A stretch of DNA of 64,000 bases from Acidobacteriota bacterium (GTDB lineage: Bacteria; Acidobacteriota; Terriglobia; Terriglobales; Acidobacteriaceae). Each line of letters opens with the position of its first letter. Position 1 is the first letter of the stretch. The translations under genes and the position numbers were made by a program. The stretch covers positions 218-64,217 of the forward strand of contig JAJZVZ010000004.1 in assembly GCA_021846945.1 (NCBI GenBank). The letters run 5' to 3'. Below the pieces are notes generated by a model. It did not search any database, was not told the DNA's origin, and saw nothing but the letters and a program-made list of their open reading frames with translations. Shown here one piece after another: positions 37,248 to 46,043 of the stretch.

Positions 37248-40200
37248 ATGCACGGTCAAGGCAGCAGTTTGTTTGGACTGAGGAGGATGGCTCAATTGCT
37301 CGCCATCCTTGTGTTCTCGGTCCTCGTCGTCCAGGCCCAGGAATATCGTGGCACGATTGCGGGGCGGGTAACGGATTCCACCGGCGCTGTGGTGCGGAAC
37401 GCCCTAATCGCGGCAACGGGACCCCAGCAGACTTACAGAACGAAAAGCGGCAGAGACGGCACATTCACGATTCCCTTTGTCCAGCCGGCCACGTATTCGG
37501 TTTCTATTGAGGCGCCGGGATTCGCAAAGGAGGTGCGCGAAGGCATCATCGTTGACATCGATTCCAGCGTCAATCTCCCAGTGACGCTTAAAGTCGGCGC
37601 AGACACGGAGACTCTCACAGTCCAAGCGGACGATGAGGTTGCTCTGGATACCCTGGATGCCTCGGGCGGCACCGTGATGGATCCCGAAAAGGTGCAGAAT
37701 TTACCCTTGAACGGCCGTCAGATATACATGCTGCTGGGCCTTACTCCAGGAGCCAGTTTCACGCAGACGCAGTTTGGCTCGCACGGCTACTCTGGCACGC
37801 GAGGCTGGGACGAGTCGAACGCCTATAAGATCAATGGGCAAACCGGGAGAGCCAATCAGTTCTCATTGAACGGGGCTCCTATATCGCAGCAGAATGGCGG
37901 TGGCGCCGGAACGTGGAACATTGCTCCCAACGTGGATGCCGTGGCGGAATTCAAGGTCATGACGAACACGTACGACGCGCAATATGGCCGTTTTGCGGGT
38001 GGCACGATCAATACGATCCTCAGAAGTGGCACCCGGCAGTACCATGGAACCCTGTTCGATTTTTGGCGCAATTCAGTTCTCGACGCGAACACGTACGAGT
38101 TGAATCAAGTTGGAGCCAAGAAGCCCTTTCACAACCTGCACCAGTTTGGAGGAACGTTTGGGGGGCCCGTTTGGAAAACCAAGGACCACCTGTTCTTTTT
38201 CTTGAGCTTTGAAGGCTGGCGGGAAGTGCTCCCCGGGGGCGTGGTGACCACCGTGCCGACGCCCGATATGTTTCCGGGCGTGAACGGCGTGAATTTGACC
38301 AACTACTTGGCGGCCACGAATAAAAACGGCATTTACGATCCTCTGACTACAACCTGCGTCAAGCCCTCATCGGGTGGCTGCAGCCAGTATGGCCGCCAGC
38401 AGTTTTCCAACGACACAATTCCGGCGAACCGGATCAGTCCTATCGGCCTGGCGATCATGAAGCTGTTTCCTGCCCCGAATCTTCCGGGCTATATAAACAA
38501 CTACGTCTACACGGGAAAAGATCGCTATCAGTACAACCAGCCAATTGCCCGCGTTGACTACAACTTCTCGGATGCCACAAAGATGTATGCGATGTTCGCA
38601 TGGTGGTCCGGGACCGAATTCAGGAACACCAACGGCTTTACAGGCCCCGCGATGAGGGGCAACATCAACAACTATCGTTCCAGCTTGACGCAGGTGCTCG
38701 ATCTAACACATACGTTCAGTCCGAGGATGGTCGGCGACGTTCGTGTCTCCTTCAACCGCTCCTGGAACCGCGATCCCGATGGATCACTCTCTGCCGGCGT
38801 ATCGTCCTTGCAGGCGAAGGATCTCGGCCTTACCATGCCGGCGATTCCGACCACCAGGCACACCTATGCCCCTCAAATCAATCTCGGCGACTACCTTCCA
38901 GACATCATCGGCAACACCGGGGATCCAATCATCTTCGAAACCTATGATCTGGCGCCTTCCATGACGCACGTTGTGAAACAGCATAATTTTCACTATGGCG
39001 TCGAGTTCATGCTCTTCCACGACGTCCCGAATGGGGTAGGGCAGCCCAACGGCAATTTCTCTTTCTCATCGGGCTTCACCCAGCAAAATCCCAAACGTTA
39101 CAACTCCGACGGCTCTGTTGTCGCCGACCTGTTGATGGGATATCCCAGCGGTGGCAGTGTTCAGGACCAGATAGCACCTTACGAGTCCTACAATTATTAC
39201 GCCGCATACATCCAGGATGACTGGAGAGTGACGCCGAAACTCGCGTTGAATCTCGGCTTGCGCTGGGATGATGAGACGTCGCCGGTGGAACGCCGGAACC
39301 GTCTCGTTGCGGGTATTTGCCTGACCTGCGTAAACCCGATTACCAACTCCATCACTTACCCTAGCGGAAACCTGTTGCCGAATGGCGCTACAATTGCCAA
39401 TCCGATGAACGGTGTTGCGCAATTCGCGAGCAACAATCTAACCGCATACACAAACACCGCGGGTCCCTTTCAACCCAAGTTCGGCATCTCCTACGCCATT
39501 ACGAACAAGCTCGTCCTGCGAGGAGGCTGGGGACTCGGCACCGAGATCGGTTTCGAGCTGGGAGGCGCATCTCCGTGGAAACAGTCCACAGGATACGACT
39601 CATCCCCGGATGGAGGTCTGACTCCGGCTTTTAACTTCATAAACGGAAATCCGTATCCAAATGGATACACTCCGGTCGAAGGACGTTCTTTGGGCGCGAT
39701 GACGTTTGTCGGAGATGGGCTTAGCCTTGATCAAAGAGACAGGAAAATTCCTGTTGCTCAGCAATATTCGTTCGGTTTCGAGAGTGAGCTGCCGTTCCAG
39801 ATCACGACGGATATTGAGTATGTCGGCGTCTATACAATCTACCTGCGGGATTCACGGCAACTGAATGGGTTGTCGGCCTCGGATTTCCAGCAAGGGCATG
39901 CTAATCCAGGTTATCTGGATCAGTTGGTGACGAATCCGTTTTATGGTGTTTTGCCCAAGACCCTTGGATTGGGGCAAAATCCGAAGGTCGAGGCAAAGGT
40001 CCTGATGGTTCCTTATCCCGAGTTCAATGGAAATCTTTACATTTACACCCACGCTACCGGTTACAGCGACTACAACTCCATGATTGCGAAAGCGGAGAAG
40101 CGCTTCACCAATGGCGGCATGTTGAGCCAGGGCCTTAGCTTCCTCGGGGCCTTCACGTGGTCCAAGTTGATGGCTGCCACCGGCTATCTGAATAATTCAG

Positions 40201-40832
40201 GAGAGGGGCTGGTGGATCCCAAACCCCTTTACTTCCTGGATGGTGGCAATCGCTCCTGGGTCTTCGCATTCAGCGGCTTGTATGGCATTCCGATCGGGCG
40301 AGGCGGCCTGCTGGCCAGCAACGCTCATGGCGTGGCAGGCGCCGTGCTGAATAATTGGCAGTTGGAATGGATATTTCAGAACCAGGCCGGAACGCCGGTT
40401 GGCTATCCGAATGGAGATCTCTACAACTGCGGTCAATATAACATCCGGTCGGCTCATAGAACCTATGCCAGCTATATCAACAACTCACAGACGTCATGCT
40501 GGGCTACCTTCCCGGAATATACAGCCAAGACAGCAGGGCCGAATTCCACACGGGTTCTGCAGCCATGGGCGCAACAGACGCAGCTTGGAATGGAAAAGGT
40601 GTTTTCCGTAACCGAAAAGTATAAATTGCAATTCAAGGGGGAGGCGTTCAACGCGACCAATACGCCTATCTTTGGCGGCGTGAGTACATCAAACCCTGAG
40701 AAAGCTCCAACCCGGAATGCAAGTGTGGCCAATCCCAATCAACCGGGGGCGTGGTCCGGGTTCGGGACGATTGGGAGCACTGAGCAAAACTTTCCACGTC
40801 AGATCCAGTTGTCTCTAAAAGTGATTTTTTAG
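37248..40832 (+). CDS. TonB-dependent receptor with N-terminal carboxypeptidase-regulatory-like domain
   Basis: Start at ATG 37248, preceded by GGAGG. YRGTIAGRVTDSTGAVVRNALI..GTFTIPFVQPATYSVSIEAPGF is a CarboxypepD_reg domain. Plug block NLPLNGRQIYMLL. C-terminal ..QIQLSLKVIF. Confidence 0.9.
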   Translation: MHGQGSSLFGLRRMAQLLAILVFSVLVVQAQEYRGTIAGRVTDSTGAVVRNALIAATGPQQTYRTKSGRDGTFTIPFVQPATYSVSIEAPGFAKEVREGIIVDIDSSVNLPVTLKVGADTETLTVQADDEVALDTLDASGGTVMDPEKVQNLPLNGRQIYMLLGLTPGASFTQTQFGSHGYSGTRGWDESNAYKINGQTGRANQFSLNGAPISQQNGGGAGTWNIAPNVDAVAEFKVMTNTYDAQYGRFAGGTINTILRSGTRQYHGTLFDFWRNSVLDANTYELNQVGAKKPFHNLHQFGGTFGGPVWKTKDHLFFFLSFEGWREVLPGGVVTTVPTPDMFPGVNGVNLTNYLAATNKNGIYDPLTTTCVKPSSGGCSQYGRQQFSNDTIPANRISPIGLAIMKLFPAPNLPGYINNYVYTGKDRYQYNQPIARVDYNFSDATKMYAMFAWWSGTEFRNTNGFTGPAMRGNINNYRSSLTQVLDLTHTFSPRMVGDVRVSFNRSWNRDPDGSLSAGVSSLQAKDLGLTMPAIPTTRHTYAPQINLGDYLPDIIGNTGDPIIFETYDLAPSMTHVVKQHNFHYGVEFMLFHDVPNGVGQPNGNFSFSSGFTQQNPKRYNSDGSVVADLLMGYPSGGSVQDQIAPYESYNYYAAYIQDDWRVTPKLALNLGLRWDDETSPVERRNRLVAGICLTCVNPITNSITYPSGNLLPNGATIANPMNGVAQFASNNLTAYTNTAGPFQPKFGISYAITNKLVLRGGWGLGTEIGFELGGASPWKQSTGYDSSPDGGLTPAFNFINGNPYPNGYTPVEGRSLGAMTFVGDGLSLDQRDRKIPVAQQYSFGFESELPFQITTDIEYVGVYTIYLRDSRQLNGLSASDFQQGHANPGYLDQLVTNPFYGVLPKTLGLGQNPKVEAKVLMVPYPEFNGNLYIYTHATGYSDYNSMIAKAEKRFTNGGMLSQGLSFLGAFTWSKLMAATGYLNNSGEGLVDPKPLYFLDGGNRSWVFAFSGLYGIPIGRGGLLASNAHGVAGAVLNNWQLEWIFQNQAGTPVGYPNGDLYNCGQYNIRSAHRTYASYINNSQTSCWATFPEYTAKTAGPNSTRVLQPWAQQTQLGMEKVFSVTEKYKLQFKGEAFNATNTPIFGGVSTSNPEKAPTRNASVANPNQPGAWSGFGTIGSTEQNFPRQIQLSLKVIF

Positions 40833-40854
40833 CTTCAACCTGTGGGCCGTACGC

Positions 40855-40889
40855 CCCATCCTCCCCGTGTCGTTCGCGGGGAGGATGGG
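40855..40889 (+). terminator. Perfect 13-bp hairpin 23 nt after the receptor gene
   Basis: CCCATCCTCCCCG-tgtcgttcg-CGGGGAGGATGGG. No clear U-tract. Confidence 0.45.
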
Positions 40890-40941
40890 AGCGCTACGAA
40901 CCTCAACAGCCCGCCCTTCGCGCCAGCCGCCTCCACTGCCC

Positions 40942-40965
40942 CTGATCCCTGATTCCTGACCACTA
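40942..40965 (+). repeat. Heptamer array CTGATCC CTGATTC CTGACCA CTAT
   Basis: CTGA at 40942, 40949 and 40956, an exact period of 7. Confidence 0.75.
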
Positions 40966-41185
40966 TGGCATTTTTCGGAATGCAGTAGAGTCGCAACTGG
41001 CGTGCAAGGCGGATTTTTCTTGAAGAAGAATCCACTCGGCAGTTGCCGCTTCGTTCTATACCAATCCGAAAGGTGCTTTAGCTGGCGCGCGGCCTCCTGG
41101 TGGGGCCACGTTCGTTAAACTGGAAAGTAAGCATTCTAGGATGAGCGTCGACAAGCGTCGCCGCCGCGTACAGAATCGCTCACAA

Positions 41186-41206
41186 CTGACCACTGACCAC
41201 TGATTT
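41186..41206 (+). repeat. Heptamer array CTGACCA CTGACCA CTGATTT ending 3 nt before the obg ATG
   Basis: CTGA at 41186, 41193 and 41200. TGA falls in all three frames. Confidence 0.8.
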
Positions 41207-41209
41207 CTC

Positions 41210-42226
41210 ATGTTTATTGATGAAGCCAAAATCCACGTAAAGGCCGGCGACGGCGGCAACGGCTGCATGGCCTTCCGGCGCGAGAAGTTTGTTCCGCGCG
41301 GCGGGCCCTCCGGCGGCGACGGCGGTCGTGGCGGCGACGTTTTTATGGAGTCGTCTGAGCGCCATAACACGCTCATTCACTTCCGCTACAATCCTGAACA
41401 CAAGGCGCAGCGCGGCGAGCACGGCATGGGCTCGAATTGCACCGGCCAGGACGGCCGCTCCATCACGCTGCAGGTTCCGGTGGGCACGGCGCTCTATGAT
41501 CTTGAATCCGGCGAGTTGGTGCACGACTTTCAGCAGCCCGACGAGCGCATCATCGTCGCCAAAGGCGGCCGTGGCGGCCGCGGCAACCAGCACTTTGCCA
41601 CCAGCACACACCAGGCTCCGCGCGAGCACGAGTTGGGCCGCCCCGGCGAAGAGCGCAGCTACCGTCTCGAACTCAAGCTGCTGGCCGACGTGGGACTAGT
41701 TGGCTTTCCCAACGCAGGCAAGTCCACGCTGATCTCGCGCATTTCCGCGGCCAGACCCAAGATCGCAGACTATCCCTTCACCACCCTCGAGCCGAACCTC
41801 GGCGTGGTCACGGTCGGGGATGAACCCGACACGGAATCCTACGTGGTGGCGGATGTTCCGGGCCTTATTGAGGGCGCGCACCTGGGCCATGGCCTGGGCA
41901 CGCAATTCCTGCGTCACATTGAGCGTACCCGCCTGCTCGTCCACCTTGTCGATGTGTCCGATGCATCGGGACGTCCCGATCCTGTTGCGGACTTCAAGGT
42001 GATCAACAACGAACTCGCAAGCTTCGGTAACGGTCTCGATGAGAAGCCGATGATCGTCGCCGCCACCAAGGTAGACGCGGCCAATCCGGAAAAGCTCAAG
42101 AAACTCTCAGCCCACGCTAAACGCCGCAAACTCGAGTTTTACGCCATCTCCGCTGTGACTGGCGATGGCATCGACGAGCTGAAATGGGCGCTGGCCCGGC
42201 GCCTGCGTCCTGCAATCGTCCGCTGA
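41210..42226 (+). CDS. obg: GTPase ObgE/CgtA
   Basis: [27 protein letters not shown].. Obg fold. G1 motif [23 protein letters not shown]. Confidence 0.95.
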   Translation: MFIDEAKIHVKAGDGGNGCMAFRREKFVPRGGPSGGDGGRGGDVFMESSERHNTLIHFRYNPEHKAQRGEHGMGSNCTGQDGRSITLQVPVGTALYDLESGELVHDFQQPDERIIVAKGGRGGRGNQHFATSTHQAPREHELGRPGEERSYRLELKLLADVGLVGFPNAGKSTLISRISAARPKIADYPFTTLEPNLGVVTVGDEPDTESYVVADVPGLIEGAHLGHGLGTQFLRHIERTRLLVHLVDVSDASGRPDPVADFKVINNELASFGNGLDEKPMIVAATKVDAANPEKLKKLSAHAKRRKLEFYAISAVTGDGIDELKWALARRLRPAIVR

Positions 42227-42248
42227 GCGCAGCGCGCATTTCTCAGAG

Positions 42249-42278
42249 GCGCGTCTTCTCGCCCGCACAAAGACGCGC
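42249..42278 (+). terminator. Hairpin after obg
   Basis: GCGCGTCTT..12-nt loop..AAGACGCGC. Weak U-tract. Confidence 0.35.
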
Positions 42279-42513
42279 TGTAATCCTGAATGGATATAGC
42301 CTTCGGGAATTTTCTCCCCGATCTCTGAAAACCGCAGGAATCTTTGTTGTTTTTCCCGATGCGAGTAGTTTTTACCCCGTCACCCGCTGCAGTTTTTTCC
42401 AGGCCTCGCGAGCTGCTCCGCATAATTCCCTTGTCTTCAACTACTCACCGTTTGGCGCGCTGCATGCTGGCTTCTCCGCGGACGAACAATTCACCCACCA
42501 GGAGGAGCAATCT

Positions 42514-42930
42514 ATGCAATCCATCAAGCGCGATCTCAGTCTCTGTCTCGCGGTCAGCGCACTCGTGTTCACAGGCGCCCTTGCCTGGGGATCTCCGTTT
42601 ACAACGGCCGCATCCGGCACTCAGGCAGCGGTTGTGAGCGGCCAGACGCAGGCGCAGCAGCCTGGTCAGGAATCCGGTCAGGCGCAGCAGCCACAGCAGG
42701 GGCAGATGCAACAGCAGCAAACTCAACAAAAGGCCAAGACTTTTACCGGAACTGTTGTTAAAAGCGGATCAGGATACGTTCTTCGCGACTCTTCCGGCCA
42801 GGCATACCAGCTCGATGCTTCCGATCAAGCCAAGGCCTTTGAGGGCAAGACGGTCATGGTCCTTGGGCAGCTCGATCCAAACTCCAATACGATCCATGTG
42901 CAAAGTATCCAAGCCGCCTCGTCCTACTGA
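42514..42930 (+). CDS. Small secreted protein with a Gln-rich linker and a C-terminal beta-rich domain; function unknown
   Basis: Start at ATG 42514 with GGAGGAG 6 nt upstream. Signal peptide MQSIKRDLSLCLAVSALVFTGALAWG. Q-rich stretch, then FTGTVVKSGSGYVLRDSSGQAYQLD..TIHVQSI. Confidence 0.65.
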   Translation: MQSIKRDLSLCLAVSALVFTGALAWGSPFTTAASGTQAAVVSGQTQAQQPGQESGQAQQPQQGQMQQQQTQQKAKTFTGTVVKSGSGYVLRDSSGQAYQLDASDQAKAFEGKTVMVLGQLDPNSNTIHVQSIQAASSY

Positions 42931-42977
42931 AGCGGAACTCGTTGCACAAGGTCATCGATCTGTCGAAGGATGCGAGT

Positions 42978-43010
42978 AATCAGGAGAGACTGCGAAAGTC
43001 TCTCCTGATT
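42978..43010 (+). terminator. Perfect 14-bp hairpin 48 nt after the small secreted protein gene
   Basis: AATCAGGAGAGACT-gcgaa-AGTCTCTCCTGATT. Confidence 0.5.
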
Positions 43011-43246
43011 CAAGCAGCGGCGAGGGAAATACGAAGGAAGATTCACTCGTGTGCACGCGCCTTCAGTGGATTAACTGGTCCAGAATTTCTGAAGTATCGG
43101 AATTTAATTTACGGAAAGGAAGGGCTCAGTTCAAATTTTGGAATGTTGCATAACCGGTGTAAGCCCACGGGAATAGGAAGATTCTAGAGCGAGCAAGGAT
43201 TTTGTGTGGTTCTCTTCAGGATCTGATGCGTGATAGGAGGTTCCCC

Positions 43247-43450
43247 ATGAGTTCCCTGGCTGATGCTCAGTTTAGCCGCCGCCCTATTTCGGATGATGGG
43301 ACTGTGTGCTCAATTTGCAATAAATGCGGCGTAACTGTCGCCGTCTCCTACTGGAGGTTTGAACTGGACCGAGCGGAAGATGCACATGTTTGCGACTCAC
43401 CCATTCTGGAGCGAAGCGAAGCGGGCTTGGACGAGACCCCTTCCTGTTAG
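43247..43450 (+). CDS. Small (67 aa) Cys-rich hypothetical protein, possibly zinc-ribbon-like
   Basis: ATG 43247 is preceded by AGGAGG with a 6-nt spacer. CSICNKC and HVC motifs. I recognise no homology. Confidence 0.4.
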   Translation: MSSLADAQFSRRPISDDGTVCSICNKCGVTVAVSYWRFELDRAEDAHVCDSPILERSEAGLDETPSC

Positions 43451-43803
43451 CCCGACCAAGGATAATGACGTTGGAACTTCTAACTATTTGCCAGGGGATC
43501 GGATGCTCCGTGGGCGTGGATTTGGTAGCCACGGCTCAACAGGAACATGCCCATCGCCTGTTCCGGAGAGGCGGAAGCGCGTCTACACGCGGCAGGAATG
43601 CACAGCGGGAGGCCGCACGGTGTCCGGGCATATCCATTCCCCACAGCACGTGCAAATGGCGCGCACTGATTCTCCCCGCTGACACAAATGTTCAGCTTCT
43701 TGCTCCACTGGCCCGATGGTAGACGGGGGCACGCCTTGCTCGTGAGACGCCGATTCCGCCGAAACGCTCCAGCTTCCGCAATCACAGCCTTCGCGTTTCG
43801 GGG

Positions 43804-43953
43804 ATGTTCGGCGCGGGCGCAGACAACGCACTCTACTGCAATCCCATCCTAAGCGGCGATCATCCCCGATCCCAGGCCGATCCGCACGGCGGCGAATTCT
43901 ATCTCACCCATTCGATCTTCGATGACGACCCTGGGCTCAACGCCGTATCGTAG
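43804..43953 (+). pseudogene. Remnant of the N-terminus of a GH43-like glycoside hydrolase (49 codons then stop)
   Basis: Hand translation: MFGAGADNALYCNPILSGDHPRSQADPHGGEFYLTHSIFDDDPGLNAVS*. It resembles the GH43 start NPI(L/I)xGxxPDPSxxRxGxxYYLxxSSFxxxPG. No continuation in any frame. Confidence 0.35.
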
Positions 43954-44312
43954 AACACGAAAGCATCCTTCCCAGCCATGAAACCGGAACGGGCAAGTGA
44001 GTTTACCGCAGGAATACCGTAAACTTACTTGCCGAAGTGTGCTCGGATCATGATACTGATGCTGACCACTGGAAGGGGAAGAGCAGATTGGCCACCCAGC
44101 GCATCGGACCTGAGCCGAGACGAATCACGCACGGAGCACATTCTTCAGACAATCCTTGCGCCGATGCTTCTCCGCGGGCAGATGCAAAGGGCGTGTCGAT
44201 GAAGGCGGCCTGAGCGCTCGGCACACGCGGCTATACAGTGCAATGCATCTAGAAGAGAATGGACACCGTGGGTTTTTACCTGTCTGATCACACGATTCGG
44301 AGGGAAGAATAG

Positions 44313-45845
44313 ATGAATAGAAGAAAATTTCTTTCGGCAACCACCGGCGCTCTGGGGGCGCTTGGTCTGCGGGCAACCAGCGGCGCTGCGCAGAGCGCCG
44401 CCGGCACGGGCGAATCCAGCACCGGGACAGGTAAGACGCCGGAGTCCAGACCCAATGTGCTGATCCTGATGTCGGATCAGCACAAGCGCACCTGCATGGG
44501 AGTTGCGGGAGATCCGGTCGCAATTACCCCGAATCTCGACCGCTTCGCCCGCGAGAGCGTGCGCTTCACCAATGCCTATTGCACCAATCCAGTGTGCGCG
44601 CCGTCGCGTGCCTCAATTCAGACGGGGCTCTACACGCACAAACTTGAATCCAGAGGCAATTCACGGCCGTTTTCACCGAAACACAAGACCATTGCCCACT
44701 ACTTTAATAACGCCGGCTACCTGACCGCGCTGGTAGGCAAAATGCATATGGTAGATGCGCAAACCCACGGCTTCGGTTACAAGATAGAGTTCAACGACTG
44801 GCTGCAGTATCTGGGACCGAAGGTGCGTCTCTACGCGAACGAATTGGGCAGGCCCAATTCAGGCGCAGGGTTGCCTGAAATCGAAAGTCTGTGGCGGGAA
44901 GAAGGCTATCCCTGGAAGGGCGATATCACTCCCGATGGCCGGCTCGGCGCGGTAGCGGTTGGCGGTCCGTCGCCGATGGAGGAGCAGGATCACTTTGACA
45001 ATTTTGTCGCTCGCGAGTCGATTCGCTTTCTGGAAGATTATGCACGAACCAACGAGCCATTCCTCCTCGTCTCTTCGTTTCTCAAGCCGCACGATCCCTT
45101 CATGCCGGCCAAGCGCTTCGCGGAGATGTTCCAGCCCGAGCAGATGAAGCTTTCGCCCACCTGGGGCAAGGCGGATCTGGCGCACCTGCCGCAGCCTGTG
45201 GTCGAGTTCATTGAGCGTTGCCCGTTTACGCCGGAATTGCGGCAGGCTCCCGAAGCACGCAAGCGAGTGGCGGCTTACTATGGCAACCTGGCGCAGATGG
45301 ATGACTGCGCGGGCCAGGTGTTGAGCGCCCTCACGCGATTGGGACTCGACAAGAACACCATTGTGGTCTACACCGCGGATCACGGAGAGATGCTCGGCGA
45401 CCTGGGTCTCTGGAACAAATTCCAGTTCTACGAGGGATCGTGCGGCGTGCCCCTCATGGTGCGGATGCCGGGCGGCGCGCCTTTGCTGTGCACCCAGCCC
45501 GTCAGTCTCATCTCGCTCACCTCCACCGTAGCCGAGCTTTGTCAGGTTCCGGTCACCGGCCCCAGTGACGGCAAGAGCTTCGCCTACCTGGTGAGGAAAC
45601 CCGATTCGCCGGAGCAGTACGGTCCCGTCTTCGCCGAGTATGATCTGGGAATGAAGACAGCCAAGTATATGGTGCGCGACGGCGACTACAAGTACACCTT
45701 CTGGGTCAACTACATTCCCGAGCTCTACAATCTGCGCACCGATCCGGAAGAGATGCATAATCTGGCCGGTCTGCCGGAATACCAGGAGACCGTGGCGCGG
45801 CTCAAGCAGCAGTTGTTTGCCTGGCACCAGCCAGCTGAGCTATGA
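44313..45845 (+). CDS. Sulfatase (arylsulfatase family), Tat-exported
   Basis: Twin-arginine signal MNRRKFLSATTGALGALGL. LILMSDQH, and the formylglycine motif CAPSRASIQTG. Confidence 0.9.
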   Translation: MNRRKFLSATTGALGALGLRATSGAAQSAAGTGESSTGTGKTPESRPNVLILMSDQHKRTCMGVAGDPVAITPNLDRFARESVRFTNAYCTNPVCAPSRASIQTGLYTHKLESRGNSRPFSPKHKTIAHYFNNAGYLTALVGKMHMVDAQTHGFGYKIEFNDWLQYLGPKVRLYANELGRPNSGAGLPEIESLWREEGYPWKGDITPDGRLGAVAVGGPSPMEEQDHFDNFVARESIRFLEDYARTNEPFLLVSSFLKPHDPFMPAKRFAEMFQPEQMKLSPTWGKADLAHLPQPVVEFIERCPFTPELRQAPEARKRVAAYYGNLAQMDDCAGQVLSALTRLGLDKNTIVVYTADHGEMLGDLGLWNKFQFYEGSCGVPLMVRMPGGAPLLCTQPVSLISLTSTVAELCQVPVTGPSDGKSFAYLVRKPDSPEQYGPVFAEYDLGMKTAKYMVRDGDYKYTFWVNYIPELYNLRTDPEEMHNLAGLPEYQETVARLKQQLFAWHQPAEL

Positions 45846-46043
45846 CCGGTCAAGCGATCGCTTTGCGTGAAGGTCAGGCTGCTTCGCGTTCCGTCTCTCT
45901 GTTGCATTTGCAAGGGCCCATTTATCGGCCGGCACGTGATCGGAATCCTGTTGTGGGTGCGTTTGCGCCGGCGGGACGGTCGTGATCGAGTCGCAGATAC
46001 CCGGCGGCGAAGAAGCACCAGATGTTAGCATCAAAGATGACCG

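Noticed and set aside
42942-43187. An 81-aa ORF immediately after the small secreted protein gene.
   Set aside because: It spans the perfect 14-bp terminator-like hairpin, has no RBS, and its sequence is not protein-like or conserved-looking.
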